The translations under genes were made by a program, and so were the position numbers. Positions 20,724 to 31,664 of a DNA stretch of 64,000 bases are shown here, piece by piece (the stretch's first letter is position 1; each line of letters starts with the position of its first letter). Location: positions 512,001 to 576,000 of the forward strand of contig CAWHDT010000005.1 of assembly GCA_963828195.1 (NCBI GenBank), in the 5' to 3' direction. This stretch comes from Candidatus Bathyarchaeota archaeon (lineage in GTDB: Archaea; Thermoproteota; Bathyarchaeia; Bathyarchaeales; Bathycorpusculaceae). The notes under the pieces are model-generated. The model searched no databases, was not told the origin of the DNA, and worked only from the letters and a program-made list of their open reading frames with translations.

Positions 20724-21580
20724 AACGCCCCGAAGTCATTTTCACTTTCGCTCGGTACGAAATCAAGCGTGCCATAGCGCGAAAAAAAGTTTTGGCTCTT
20801 GTTGCGTTCACGATACTTTTGACTGTGCTTCCATATTACGCGTTGTCGCAAGCAGGAACCAGCCTGATCCCCGCTTCCATCGCCTCATCGGTTGATCCGT
20901 ACCTTTGGGTTTTTGCGGTGATCTTGGTGGGTCCTCTCTTCTTGAACTTTACCGCAATCTTGATAGCTGCAGGTTCAATGTCGGAGGAATACGAGCAGGG
21001 CACTGCCGAACTTCTTTTGTCAAAGCCAGTTAGACGAAGTGACTACATCACAGGTAAATTCCTAGGTGGATATCTTCTGTTTCTTTTTATTCTTACTTTA
21101 ACCATTGTCCTGTCTATTGCTTCGGCGTTCACTTTTTTCGGCGTCCAAAAAGACCTCTACTTAATTCCAGGATTATTCATAGCTCAAGCCTTTAGTTCAC
21201 TACTATTTTTTTCTTTAGCGTTCATGCTTGGAGAACTAATCAGGCGCTCTTCCCTTGCTTACATTTTCTCGTCAGCGATTTTCTTTTCAAGTTACATTAT
21301 AAGCGTTTTTTTGGATGCAATCTTTAGGGCTACAGGCAAAGTAGTTTATAAAACCGTTCAGATGTATCTTCCATCTTCAGCCGCAGGTTCGCTTCCCTCT
21401 CAATATGCTTTGCCGAGGCTTCCCACGGCTCTGTCAACAGCCCTTACCTTCATCAACACTTCAACCATCCGGCCCACAATTAGCTTCTCAATCGAAATCC
21501 TGCTTGTCTACACAATCATAGCATTAACTATTTCAGTAGTCTACTTCTTGCGTGCAGATATTTCAAGAAAACTAAGTTAA
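20720..21580 (+). CDS. ABC-2 type permease
   Basis: EYEQGTAELLLSKPVRR...GKFLG; 6 TMs. Confidence 0.9.
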   Translation: MKRPEVIFTFARYEIKRAIARKKVLALVAFTILLTVLPYYALSQAGTSLIPASIASSVDPYLWVFAVILVGPLFLNFTAILIAAGSMSEEYEQGTAELLLSKPVRRSDYITGKFLGGYLLFLFILTLTIVLSIASAFTFFGVQKDLYLIPGLFIAQAFSSLLFFSLAFMLGELIRRSSLAYIFSSAIFFSSYIISVFLDAIFRATGKVVYKTVQMYLPSSAAGSLPSQYALPRLPTALSTALTFINTSTIRPTISFSIEILLVYTIIALTISVVYFLRADISRKLS

Positions 21581-21686
21581 TTTTTCTTAAAAGCTTATCC
21601 CAATTTAGCACGCTATTTTTTCTCTTCTCACTTCGGCCTTTACCTATGGTATAACATAAAAGCCTGTTTAGGCAACATACCCAAAG

Positions 21687-23084
21687 ATGACCTCAACTCT
21701 CAAATGCATTCACTGCGGCAGTGAATTCCCAGTTTATCCTCTCAGGAGTAACTGTGAAAAATGCGGCGGCACATTGGAGTTTGCAGTTGATTTGCCCGAA
21801 GCTGGAAAATTCAAGTTTTCAGGAGTACAAGGGTTCTGGCGGTACAAAGAGATGATGCCGCCAGTTAAGCACATGGTCAGTTTAGGGGAGGGCGGAACGC
21901 CGTTGCATAGGGCAGAGAGGCTGGCTAAAGCATTTGGGTTAAAAAATCTTTATTTGAAGGATGAAACCCGCAACCCCACAAGCTCGTACAGAGACCGCGC
22001 GGCAGCCCTCTTGACATCAAACGCGATTGACCAGGGTTTTGAGGCGCTGGTCTGCGCAAGTAACGGGAACATGGGCGCTTCTTTAGCTGCTTACGGTGCA
22101 AAAGCAGGATTGATTTGCCACGTCTTGGTTCCCAAAGTTGTGGATGTCGGAAAACTCGCGCAGATGATTGCATACGACGCCGTCATCGAAGAATCAGGCA
22201 CCATTGTGGATGACTCTATTCGCAAAGCGGCGGACTTAGCCAAAGAAACAGGTTGGTACCAAGCTACTGCCGAACTTAACCCGCTCGTGGTTGAAGCCCA
22301 AAAAACCATTGCCTATGAAATAAACGAGCAAGCCCCGATCCCAAACTGGATTGTCGTACCGATGGGAAGTGGCGGAACAATCTATTCGCTTTGGAAAGGC
22401 TTCAAGGAACTCAAGCATCTAGGGCTCGCCGACTCGCTGCCTCGAATGGTTGGGGTTCAAACGGAGGGCTGTGCACCAATAATCAATCAACTTAAAGAAA
22501 ACTCGCCGCTGAAATCGTGTAGCCCGTCCACCCGTGCATTGGCAATACTTGTGGGCGAACCGTTGCAAAGCGACTTAGCCGTGAAAGCAATTCATGAGTC
22601 AAATGGGGTTGCTTTAACCGTTTCAGACAGCGAAATTTTGGCCGCCGAGCTTTTGGTCGCAAAGCTGGAAGGGGTCTTCGCAGAGCCAGCAAGTTCAGCC
22701 GCCGTGGCAGCATTGGAGAAACTGAAAGAAAAAAAGATTTCCAGTGACGACATCGTGGTATCCCTCATTACCGGAAGCGGATTAAAAGCGACTGATGTTT
22801 TGCAAGCGCTGAACAAAAAGCAGAAGACAGCAGGGTTGGGGCTGGCGGTCAGCACTAAGCAGAAGATTCTCAAAATTCTTAGCGAGAAGGACTCTTATGG
22901 CTATGACTTGTGGAAGCAGCTTGGTCAGATTATGACTCGCGCCGCTGTTTATCAGCATCTTAATGAGCTGGCTGAAAGGGGTTTGGTGGTTGGCTATGAG
23001 GAAGGTGGCAAAAGATTTTTCCGGATTACGGAGCGGGGAAGGAAGGTTTTGGCGGCTTTTGACGATATACAGTTGCTTTTGTGA
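21687..23084 (+). CDS. thrC: Threonine synthase-like protein with C-terminal PadR-like wHTH
   Basis: SLGEGGTPL, ETRNPTSSYRDR, ASNGN and LITGSGLK; C-terminal SYGYDLWK...VYQHLNEL...FRITERG. Confidence 0.8.
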   Translation: MTSTLKCIHCGSEFPVYPLRSNCEKCGGTLEFAVDLPEAGKFKFSGVQGFWRYKEMMPPVKHMVSLGEGGTPLHRAERLAKAFGLKNLYLKDETRNPTSSYRDRAAALLTSNAIDQGFEALVCASNGNMGASLAAYGAKAGLICHVLVPKVVDVGKLAQMIAYDAVIEESGTIVDDSIRKAADLAKETGWYQATAELNPLVVEAQKTIAYEINEQAPIPNWIVVPMGSGGTIYSLWKGFKELKHLGLADSLPRMVGVQTEGCAPIINQLKENSPLKSCSPSTRALAILVGEPLQSDLAVKAIHESNGVALTVSDSEILAAELLVAKLEGVFAEPASSAAVAALEKLKEKKISSDDIVVSLITGSGLKATDVLQALNKKQKTAGLGLAVSTKQKILKILSEKDSYGYDLWKQLGQIMTRAAVYQHLNELAERGLVVGYEEGGKRFFRITERGRKVLAAFDDIQLLL

Positions 23085-23146
23085 TTGCTGTTCCGTAACG
23101 CTTATTTTATAGTATAGCTGCAACTATACTATAGACGGGGTTCTGT

Positions 23147-24055
23147 ATGAGCGAAACCAAAAAAATAGTTGAACAAAAAGGAACGGACAGATTAAAAAGA
23201 GGATTCGCCAAAATGGTCAAAGGAGGCGTCGTAATGGACGTTACGAACGCAGAGCAAGCAAAAGTCGCCGAGGCTGCCGGCGCTGTTTCAGTTATGGCTC
23301 TGGAAGCTGTTCCCGCCGACATACGCGCAAGAGGCGGCGTGGCAAGGATGGCTGAGCCAAAAAGAGTGAGAGAAATCATTGCAGCAGTAACCATTCCGGT
23401 TATGGCTAAATGCAGAATAGGTCATATTGCAGAAGCGCAAGTTCTCGAAGCCTTAGGGGCTGACATGGTTGATGAAAGCGAGGTTTTAACTCCAGCAGAT
23501 GAAGATGACCACATCGAAAAAAGAAAGTTCACTCTCCCGTTTGTCTGCGGCGCCAGAAACCTTGGGGAAGCTTTAAGAAGAATAAATGAGGGAGCCGCCA
23601 TGATAAGAACTAAAGGTGAACCAGGAACAGGAAACGTCGTTGAGGCGGTAAGGCACCTTAAACTTATGAACAGAGAAATAGCGGCCTTAAAACGAATGTC
23701 AGACGACCAGTTGACAGAAAAAGCCAAAGAATACTTTGTCCCAATAGAATTAGTTAAAGAGACAAGAGACCTGGGAAGATTACCTGTTGTGAATTTTGCT
23801 GCAGGAGGAATTTCCACGCCGTCTGATGCAGCATTAATGATGCAGTTGGGTGCCGACGGATTATTTGTCGGTTCAGGAGTGTTCAAATCCAAAAATCCGC
23901 AAGCTTACGCAAAAGCAATCGTGGAAGCGGCATTGCATTATGATGACCCAAAGGTTCTCGCCAAAATCTCTGAAGGCTTAGGCGAGCCGATGGATGGGAT
24001 AGATACGTCTAAGATGGAAGAAAAACAAAAAATGCAAACACGGGGAACCAATTGA
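23147..24055 (+). CDS. pdxS: PLP synthase lyase subunit
   Basis: [20 protein letters not shown] and [16 protein letters not shown] motifs. Confidence 0.97.
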   Translation: MSETKKIVEQKGTDRLKRGFAKMVKGGVVMDVTNAEQAKVAEAAGAVSVMALEAVPADIRARGGVARMAEPKRVREIIAAVTIPVMAKCRIGHIAEAQVLEALGADMVDESEVLTPADEDDHIEKRKFTLPFVCGARNLGEALRRINEGAAMIRTKGEPGTGNVVEAVRHLKLMNREIAALKRMSDDQLTEKAKEYFVPIELVKETRDLGRLPVVNFAAGGISTPSDAALMMQLGADGLFVGSGVFKSKNPQAYAKAIVEAALHYDDPKVLAKISEGLGEPMDGIDTSKMEEKQKMQTRGTN

Positions 24056-24678
24056 AAGTAGGCGTCATAGCAGTTCAAGGCGCCGTAACTGAACACATCG
24101 ATATTTTAAAGAAAGCAATGAAAGAGCTAAAAATCGACGGCGACGCCCTGCCTATAAGGAAAACTAAAGACTTAGACCACGTTTCTGGGCTGGTCATACC
24201 CGGCGGCGAATCGACAACAATAAGTCGATTAATTCTTGATGCTGGAATGCAACAGAAAATAATTGATCTCGCGGAAAAGGGACTGCCAATTCTCGGAACC
24301 TGTGCAGGCGCAATTCTTCTGGCAAAAGAGGGCGATGAACAGGTAAAGCAGACAAAAACAAGCCTACTAGGCCTCATGGAAATAAGGGTCAACAGAAACT
24401 CTTACGGTCGGCAAGTTGATTCTTTCGAAGTCAATTTGCAAATTGAAGAAATCGGAAAAGAACCTTTCAAAGGAATATTTATCCGTGCACCGACCATAGA
24501 AAAAGTTTGGAGCCCCACTAAAATTTGGGCTAAGCACCAAGCTACAATTGTAGGCGCAAAAAAAGGAAATATTATAGCCCTAACTTTCCATCCAGAATTA
24601 GGCGATGACCTAAGGATACATGAGTATTTCTTAAAAATGGTTTTAAATCAAGAAACTCCTAAGACAAATCAACAGTGA
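24052..24678 (+). CDS. pdxT: PLP synthase glutaminase subunit
   Basis: [23 protein letters not shown] and FHPEL motifs. Confidence 0.97.
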   Translation: MKVGVIAVQGAVTEHIDILKKAMKELKIDGDALPIRKTKDLDHVSGLVIPGGESTTISRLILDAGMQQKIIDLAEKGLPILGTCAGAILLAKEGDEQVKQTKTSLLGLMEIRVNRNSYGRQVDSFEVNLQIEEIGKEPFKGIFIRAPTIEKVWSPTKIWAKHQATIVGAKKGNIIALTFHPELGDDLRIHEYFLKMVLNQETPKTNQQ

Positions 24679-24717
24679 TCAGGCACACTAGCCCTCCTGT
24701 GGAGACATTGCTAGTTT

Positions 24718-24825
24718 TCAGTAGACCAAGAAGTTTTTGGAACCCTCCTTCTGCTCAGCCTCATACTCATCAAATGCGGCTTTAAGTTTCTCGAAACCTT
24801 CACTATCAAATTTTTCTTCACTCAT
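24718..24825 (-). pseudogene. Truncated copy of the viral tail assembly chaperone N-terminus
   Basis: MSEEKFDSEGFEKLKAAFDEYEAEQ, nearly identical to the gene ending at 50941. Confidence 0.85.
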
Positions 24826-25005
24826 CAAATCACCTCATAAATAATTGTTAAGTAAGTATACGATTAGTATTGACACTAATTCAGCACATAAAATATTTGC
24901 ATATTGCATTCACTTTCTAACCATTGTCTATATAATTTATTTACGGAAAACTTAAAATAAAATCGCATAGATAGCCATCTAAAAGCATTATATCAGCTCA
25001 GTTAA

Positions 25006-25623
25006 TTGGATGTGAATAAAGAAGTGGCTGTGAATGAAGCAAGAGCTTCCAGATGGAAAAAAAGCTATAACATTAGCCTTAAGCAAATAATTATTATCTT
25101 ACTTGTCGTTTCATTATTTTTGGTTTTTTTCGCCAATATTGAAGCCCATGCGAACTGGGATTTAATGCGCGAACAAGCTTATGAGTATGGATACTGGATG
25201 AGTTCTGTTTATGGTTTTTTCCCTTCTTATGTTCAAAATAACACCTTCACGGGAAATCTTGCCACAGAAGAGCTGGTTACTGAGCACCTGTTACAGGCAG
25301 GAAGTTGTGTAGGCGCATTAGCAACGACAGACCCCCAACACTTCAGACAGCTAAGCGTTATCCAAAATTTCCTAATGGACTTGCCCTATTCGGATACTGT
25401 TAGGTTGAATGACACATCAAAAGCCATTTTGCTTGATGATTTAGATGGATTAGTATATGCTATACCAAACGCGTATAATGTTTACTCAATTCCTACGTCT
25501 TCTGCTAATACTGACTGGGGTGCGCCGCCATTTTGGTACTTCAGCACAGACCCATGCAACGAAACTACACTACAGAACGCAGTTGCTCTTGCCACCCAAG
25601 GAAGCCAAATAATGTATACGTAA
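25006..25623 (+). CDS. Hypothetical membrane-anchored protein (cargo within viral relic)
   Basis: ORF with single N-terminal TM, flanked by viral gene fragments. Confidence 0.65.
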   Translation: MDVNKEVAVNEARASRWKKSYNISLKQIIIILLVVSLFLVFFANIEAHANWDLMREQAYEYGYWMSSVYGFFPSYVQNNTFTGNLATEELVTEHLLQAGSCVGALATTDPQHFRQLSVIQNFLMDLPYSDTVRLNDTSKAILLDDLDGLVYAIPNAYNVYSIPTSSANTDWGAPPFWYFSTDPCNETTLQNAVALATQGSQIMYT

Positions 25624-25720
25624 TCGCTCAAAAACTATCTAAGTATCAATACTAATGTTATGGTTACTGTTAATTTCGGCTAAGAAATTTGGAAAAACAA
25701 AGAGAAGAATGGAAAAAGCA

Positions 25721-25899
25721 CTAGAAAGTGCTTGTGGCAACACTTTGCGCTTCACCGCTGACGTCGTTTGCAATTGTGCCTTTCTGGCCGTTTTTCACGC
25801 CGTAAGCGGTTAAGACAACATTGCTCAAAGTGATTTTTGGGGTTCCCATCCCATAGCGGTGCTTTGTGGACCCAGAACTAACGTAGTTATTAAACTCAT
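25721..25899 (-). pseudogene. Internally deleted copy of the viral tail tube gene
   Basis: GTPKITLSNVVLTAYGVKNGQKGTIANDVSGEAQSVATSTF* matches the C-terminus of 51458-51880; MSLITT start matches its N-terminus MSLATT. Confidence 0.85.
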
Positions 25900-26026
25900 A
25901 TTTTTTTCTCCTGATTACAATGTTACTTTGAAAACGGTTAACATTTGCAGTATATTTTAGATTAACTGCTCAAGGCTGCAAAAAGTTAGTCACTGCTTAA
26001 AAGCTAGATTTCACTGATGATAAGCT

Positions 26027-27034
26027 ATGAAATTGCCGCCTGGAAAAATCCCCGTAGATATTCTAAAAGAAGTAGTTTTCAAAAATCTCGGCGTTGAACG
26101 TAACGAAGTAGTTTTGGGTCCTGCTGCCGGTGTGGATGGTGCAGTTTTAGATGTTGGAAACAAAAACGCCATCGTTTCTATGGATCCAATCACGGGCGCG
26201 GTTGGACGCATCGGGTGGGAAGCCATCAACATTAATGCTAATGATGTTGCAACGTTTGGGGTTGAACCCGCCTTTTTCTTCTCGTGCCTGCTTTTGCCAG
26301 AGAACGCTGACAGCAAAATCGTTGAGACAATTTGTGATCAAATGAACGCTGCCGCCAAAGAGTTGGGCATCGCTATTGTTGGTGGACACTGCGAATCAAC
26401 ACCGGGGCTGGCTAATCCCATTGTGGTTGGCTGCATCGTGGGCTTAACAGAAAAAGGCAAATACGTAACCGCCGCGGGAGCCAAAGCAGGCGACAAACTG
26501 ATTTTAACAAAAAGCGCGGGAATTGAGGGTACAGCAATTTTAGCCTCTGACCGCGAAGAACAACTAAAAAAAGTTTTTGCCCCGACTTTTCTTGAAAGCG
26601 CCAAGCAATTCTATGGCCAGATAAGCGTTGTAAAGGACGCTTTGACCGCTTACCGAGCAGGCGGAGTACACGCGATGCATGACCCAACCGAAGGCGGAGT
26701 ACTAAACGGCATCCACGAAATGGCAGACGCTGCAGGCTTAGGCATACGTGTTTTCGAAGAAAAAATAACGGTTGAACCAGAAACCGCCAAAATCTGCAGG
26801 TACTATGAAATTGACCCTTTGCAACTGATGGGTTCAGGCGCTTTGCTTATTGCTGCTCAGCCAGAAACCGCAAGCAAAATAATTGATGCTTTAAGTGTAG
26901 AGCACATTTACGCTGACGTCATAGGCGAATTCAACCCTAACCTCAACAAACGAATACTGATGCATAAAGACGACACGGCAGAGATGCTGCCAAAACCAAT
27001 CTCAGACCATTTATGGATTGCTTTGACACGTTAA
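26027..27034 (+). CDS. AIR synthase-related (HypE/ThiL/PurM-fold) protein
   Basis: DPITG, NANDVA, IVGGHCE and MHDPTEGG motifs. Confidence 0.88.
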   Translation: MKLPPGKIPVDILKEVVFKNLGVERNEVVLGPAAGVDGAVLDVGNKNAIVSMDPITGAVGRIGWEAININANDVATFGVEPAFFFSCLLLPENADSKIVETICDQMNAAAKELGIAIVGGHCESTPGLANPIVVGCIVGLTEKGKYVTAAGAKAGDKLILTKSAGIEGTAILASDREEQLKKVFAPTFLESAKQFYGQISVVKDALTAYRAGGVHAMHDPTEGGVLNGIHEMADAAGLGIRVFEEKITVEPETAKICRYYEIDPLQLMGSGALLIAAQPETASKIIDALSVEHIYADVIGEFNPNLNKRILMHKDDTAEMLPKPISDHLWIALTR

Positions 27035-27068
27035 GCTGTTTTCCAAAGGGTTTGCTTGAAGAAAAAAA

Positions 27069-30000
27069 TTAGTGTTGCCTTGGCGCCAAAATGTCTTGGA
27101 AGTCAGGGTTGGCGTTGCCGTACTTTTCTTTTATAGCCCGGTTTATTCGAAGCCAATCATCAAATACTAACGGCCACGTTTGGCTGGTTGAAATCCGTTT
27201 TTTGATGTATTCTTTGATCGAATCTGATCTTTTGATTATTTTTTTCTGCCAATCAACCTCGATCAAGCCGCCGCGACGCAGGTACTGCAGGCTCTGATAT
27301 ACTCTGTCCGAATCAATAGGGTAGCTTAAGCTTCCTGACAAGTCTGCGATAAGTGAATCAAAAGAAATCTCAGCCTCTTCACGCAAACATACCACCGCGG
27401 CTACATCCTGCACCAGCCGTGCACTCTTGCTTAAATAGAAGGTTTTTCTCTTCGGAACCAAAGATTGCTCAATTCTGAAGGCATGCCGCTTGTAGAACCA
27501 TTTCTTCACTGCCTCAGCTAGAAACAGGTAGGCAACGATAAAGAACACCAGGAAAGCGTAGAATAGTGGTGGAGGAGGTACAAAATGGAACAGCTTCCCC
27601 ACTGCTGTATAGGGGATTATGAGTGCTACGGCAACTATTGAGAGACTACTTATTACCAAGTACTTGCCAGGTCTGCTTTTCCAGAAGGGCGATTGCCTAG
27701 TCCTAATGACAAATACCACTAATGTCTGAGTGATAAGCGATTCTACGAACCAGGCAGTTTCGAACATGTGTTGCTGAAAAACTGATGCCAACGGGATGCC
27801 CGATGCTGCTGCAGTCACTGGAATACCAAAAACTAAGTACATTGTAAAGAACGTGGCGTAATCAAAGATTGAACTGAGTGGGCCTTCCACTATCATGAAG
27901 TTTCTGATGAAGGAAATGTCCCATCTTTTGGGGCGCTCAATGTATTCTTCATCGACATTGTCTGTAGCTATCGTAGTTTGAGAGAGAGTGTACAAAAGAT
28001 TGTTTAACAAAATCATGATGGCCAGCATTGGCAGGAAGGGCAAAAATAATGCTGCACCCGCAACGCTGAACATGTTGCCGAAGTTTGAGCTAATACCCAT
28101 CATAACGTATTTCATTGTGTTACCGAATGTTTTTCTTCCCTCGATAACACCTTCAGCCAACACCGTCAAGTCACTCTCTAAAAGTATGATGTCGGCTGAC
28201 TCTTTAGCGACGTCCACAGCATTGTTAACAGAGATTCCAACATCAGACGTTTTAAGGGAAGGAGCATCATTGATGCCATCGCCCATGAAGCCGACAACAT
28301 GGCCGTTGCTTTTCAACAAGTTAATTATTCGGTCTTTCTGCGCCGGAGTTACGCGTGCGAATACATTCGCATCTTCCACAACTCGGGCTAACGCGTCATC
28401 GGTCATTTGGAGCATGTCGTTTCCGAGAACAACACCCTTTATCTCGAACCCAAGTTGTTCACAAACTTTTCTTGTAACGAGCTCATTGTCGCCTGTTAGG
28501 ATCTTTAGTTCTACTCCTTCTTTGGCGAGCAGACGAAGGGACTCTTTTGTCGATTCTTTTGGAGGATCAAGAAAGGCGACGAAGCCCAGAAATATCATGT
28601 CGCTTTCATCATTAACGGTGTAAGCTGCTTTGTCTTCTCTGAGCTTTTTGTATGCCACGCCCAACGCCCTTAATCCTTCAGCGCTTAGATCAAAGAATTT
28701 TTGTTCAATCTTTTTCCGTACGTCCTCAGTAATGTCCTGTATAATGCCGCCTATTTCGCAGTAATTGGAGATTTTTAAAATATCTTCCGGGGCACCTTTT
28801 GCTATGAAGAATCTTTCTCTTTCCTTTTCAACCACAACAGAAACTCGTCTTCGGATGAAATCAAATGGGACTTCATCGATTTTTTGGAACCCTTGGACGT
28901 TAATTTCTTTATGAGATAAAATTGCGTCGTCAAGTGGACTTTTCAATCCAGTTTCAAAATAACTGTTTAAGTAGGAATACAAAAACACTTTATCATCATC
29001 GTTGCCTTCTGAATCAATATGCAAAACAAGCGATATTTTATTCTCAGTTAAAGTTCCAGTTTTATCTGTGCACAAAATGTTCATGCTGCCGAAGTTTTCA
29101 ATTGAAGGCAGATGCTTCACGATAACGCCTTTTTTCGACATGTTTACGGCGCCCTTGGAAAGGTTCATCGTGATGATCATCGGCAAAAGCTCAGGAGTCA
29201 ACCCTACCGCCAAAGCAGCTGCAAAAAGAAGCGATTCAACCAGCGGTCGATGGAAAAGAGTCAGCACAATAAAAACGAAAATAACCAAAACGAACGTCAC
29301 CTGCATGATGAGGTAACTGAATCCTTTGACGCCTCGCTCAAATTCGGTTTCAGGGGGCTTTGCAACAAGTTTCTTGGCAATCTTTCCATATTCTGTGGAG
29401 CCGCCAGTTTTCACAACCACAGCCGTCGAGCTGCCGCTGACAACTGAAGTACCCATGAAAAGATAATTATTCCAGTCAGTAATCGAACCAGAGGATAAAT
29501 TTACTGTTTCGAGCTTGTTGGCGGTCTTTTCCACAGGGAATGATTCCCCGGTGAGAGAACTTTGATTAATAAAAAGATCTTTACCGCTGATTATTCTTGA
29601 GTCCGCAGGGGCGATATCTCCAGCGGACAGGTAAATTATGTCCCCGGGAACTATCTGAGAAAGCTTAAGCTCTTTTTTTAGACCATCACGGAGCACAGTA
29701 GCTGTCGTAGTGACCTTTTCTTTGAGGAGTTCAGCGGCATTTTCCGCTTTAGATTCTTGGTAATGATCTATGATGACACTGATTAACACGATAACAACTA
29801 TTATGGTAAAATCTGGTACATCACCGGTGTAGCCGGCGAAAGCAGCTGCAAACAGAAGTATTAAGATTAAGGGACTTTTAAAATGGAGAAGAAAACTGAC
29901 TATGCCAGAACGTTTCTGCTTTCGCGCTAACTCGTTAGTGCCATAAATATTTAGGTTTTGTTCCGCTTGCTGGGAACTTAGACCCTGGGTTGAGGTTCCA

Positions 30001-30125
30001 AGTCGCAACAATAACTCGTCGGTTGGCAGAGTTAGAATTTCCTCGGATGTTACGGGAGGCTGCGCTAAAGGGATGTTTTCCTTTACGGTGAATATTTCTG
30101 GATTAATCGGTGCGCCGTCTGCCAC
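27069..30125 (-). CDS. mgtA: Mg2+-translocating P-type ATPase with C-terminal extension
   Basis: LTGES, LTPELLPMI, CTDKTGTLT, PFDFIRRR and GDGINDAP motifs. Confidence 0.92.
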   Translation of the reverse strand: MADGAPINPEIFTVKENIPLAQPPVTSEEILTLPTDELLLRLGTSTQGLSSQQAEQNLNIYGTNELARKQKRSGIVSFLLHFKSPLILILLFAAAFAGYTGDVPDFTIIVVIVLISVIIDHYQESKAENAAELLKEKVTTTATVLRDGLKKELKLSQIVPGDIIYLSAGDIAPADSRIISGKDLFINQSSLTGESFPVEKTANKLETVNLSSGSITDWNNYLFMGTSVVSGSSTAVVVKTGGSTEYGKIAKKLVAKPPETEFERGVKGFSYLIMQVTFVLVIFVFIVLTLFHRPLVESLLFAAALAVGLTPELLPMIITMNLSKGAVNMSKKGVIVKHLPSIENFGSMNILCTDKTGTLTENKISLVLHIDSEGNDDDKVFLYSYLNSYFETGLKSPLDDAILSHKEINVQGFQKIDEVPFDFIRRRVSVVVEKERERFFIAKGAPEDILKISNYCEIGGIIQDITEDVRKKIEQKFFDLSAEGLRALGVAYKKLREDKAAYTVNDESDMIFLGFVAFLDPPKESTKESLRLLAKEGVELKILTGDNELVTRKVCEQLGFEIKGVVLGNDMLQMTDDALARVVEDANVFARVTPAQKDRIINLLKSNGHVVGFMGDGINDAPSLKTSDVGISVNNAVDVAKESADIILLESDLTVLAEGVIEGRKTFGNTMKYVMMGISSNFGNMFSVAGAALFLPFLPMLAIMILLNNLLYTLSQTTIATDNVDEEYIERPKRWDISFIRNFMIVEGPLSSIFDYATFFTMYLVFGIPVTAAASGIPLASVFQQHMFETAWFVESLITQTLVVFVIRTRQSPFWKSRPGKYLVISSLSIVAVALIIPYTAVGKLFHFVPPPPLFYAFLVFFIVAYLFLAEAVKKWFYKRHAFRIEQSLVPKRKTFYLSKSARLVQDVAAVVCLREEAEISFDSLIADLSGSLSYPIDSDRVYQSLQYLRRGGLIEVDWQKKIIKRSDSIKEYIKKRISTSQTWPLVFDDWLRINRAIKEKYGNANPDFQDILAPRQH

Positions 30126-30504
30126 GATGTTCCCCGCCAGTGCTCACTCTGCCAAAGCGAGACAGTTCTAGCATCACCAGATACATCATCGTTAAAAAAC
30201 TGTTCCATAAAAAAGAAGACAAAGCAGCAGCTGGACTTTTCAAATTTTGCGAAAGGCAGATGACGTTCACTATTGGCTATTGACGATACAAGCACTTTTT
30301 TGGCAATTCAGAGACAAGCAAAAGACGATGTTGAAAGCTCTTTCTTACTGCATCGTGGCAAGGGGGCAACTTTCTAAATTGCCGCAATACGTAGGGCACG
30401 TCACCGACGCAAATCAAAAAAAGTGTGATGATAGTTCAGATAATTGTTTTTATAGTTCCAATGTTTAAAGTATTAAAATTAACCAATCGGCAAGTGACAC
30501 TTGT

Positions 30505-31551
30505 TTGACGACAGACATCATAAAAGTAGCATCAATTGCGAGACGCTCACTTGCTCCGAATAAACCTCATCATGCTCAATGGTTAGTAACAAGAAAATGC
30601 AACTACCGCTGTGCAGGTTGCAACGTCTGGAAAGAACAAGATCAGGGAGAACTTGCAACAGCTGACATAAAAAAGGGAATGGATATTCTAAAAAATCTCG
30701 GTGTAGTGGAGCTTGTAATTTCAGGAGGCAACCCGCTGCTTAGGGATGACATAGGGGAGATAATTGATTACGCCTCAAAACGTTTCGTCACAACTGTATA
30801 CGATAACGGAAGTATGGCAGCTGAAAAAATCGATTTGCTTCGACATGTAGATTTCGTGGCAATTTCAATAGATAGTTTGGATGAAGCAAAAAACGATGAA
30901 ATAAAGAATGTGCCTGGCGCGTGGAAAAGGGCAATGGAAACGGTGGAAAAGCTTCATAATAATGGAGTAAACGTCAGTGTCACGCCTACAATTTCACAAA
31001 AAAACCTTTACGAAATAAGAGATATTACGGATTATTTCACAAAAAAAGGCATCCCCGTCTGGTATTGCCTTTACTCGTACGACGTTTCAGCGGGTGAAAA
31101 CCAACTATTTAAGCTCGGCAAAGAAAACGATGAGTTCGTGATAACAGATAAACAAGCTATGGTTAAGCTTTGCACATCATTAATTGAAATGAGAAAGAAA
31201 AATAGGCAAATACTGATGACCAATAAGCTTCTGAAAACTTTACGAAGCTTCTATGAGGAAGACAAGAGAACATGGAGATGCCAAGCACTACGGAACTTCA
31301 TAGTTCTTGATCCTCTAGGGAGAGTTGCTGGGTGCCACAGCCACAATTTTGCAAGCTCCGTATTTGATTTACCTAAATTGTGGAAAAGCCAAGAATTCAA
31401 AGAACTCCGCCAAAATTACTATGAATGCACACAGTGCAACTATCTATGTTATATTTTCTATTCCCTTCAGGGAAGCCCATCTGGCTATTTATCGTTGGCT
31501 ATGGACCAGTGGAAAAACGCGGATTTAATATTCAAAAAGATTGAAAAATAG
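30505..31551 (+). CDS. Radical SAM protein with SPASM/Twitch-like C-terminus
   Basis: CNYRCAGC, SGGNPLLR and C-terminal CTQCNYLC. Confidence 0.88.
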   Translation: MTTDIIKVASIARRSLAPNKPHHAQWLVTRKCNYRCAGCNVWKEQDQGELATADIKKGMDILKNLGVVELVISGGNPLLRDDIGEIIDYASKRFVTTVYDNGSMAAEKIDLLRHVDFVAISIDSLDEAKNDEIKNVPGAWKRAMETVEKLHNNGVNVSVTPTISQKNLYEIRDITDYFTKKGIPVWYCLYSYDVSAGENQLFKLGKENDEFVITDKQAMVKLCTSLIEMRKKNRQILMTNKLLKTLRSFYEEDKRTWRCQALRNFIVLDPLGRVAGCHSHNFASSVFDLPKLWKSQEFKELRQNYYECTQCNYLCYIFYSLQGSPSGYLSLAMDQWKNADLIFKKIEK

Positions 31552-31664
31552 CCTTCCAAATCCAGAAGGGTATGATGGGAATCGGCAGTTTTCAGTTATT
31601 GATTGACAAGTAAATTTCTGACCCGCTTCGATATTTGTTATAGGAACTATTAGGCTGCTGACTC

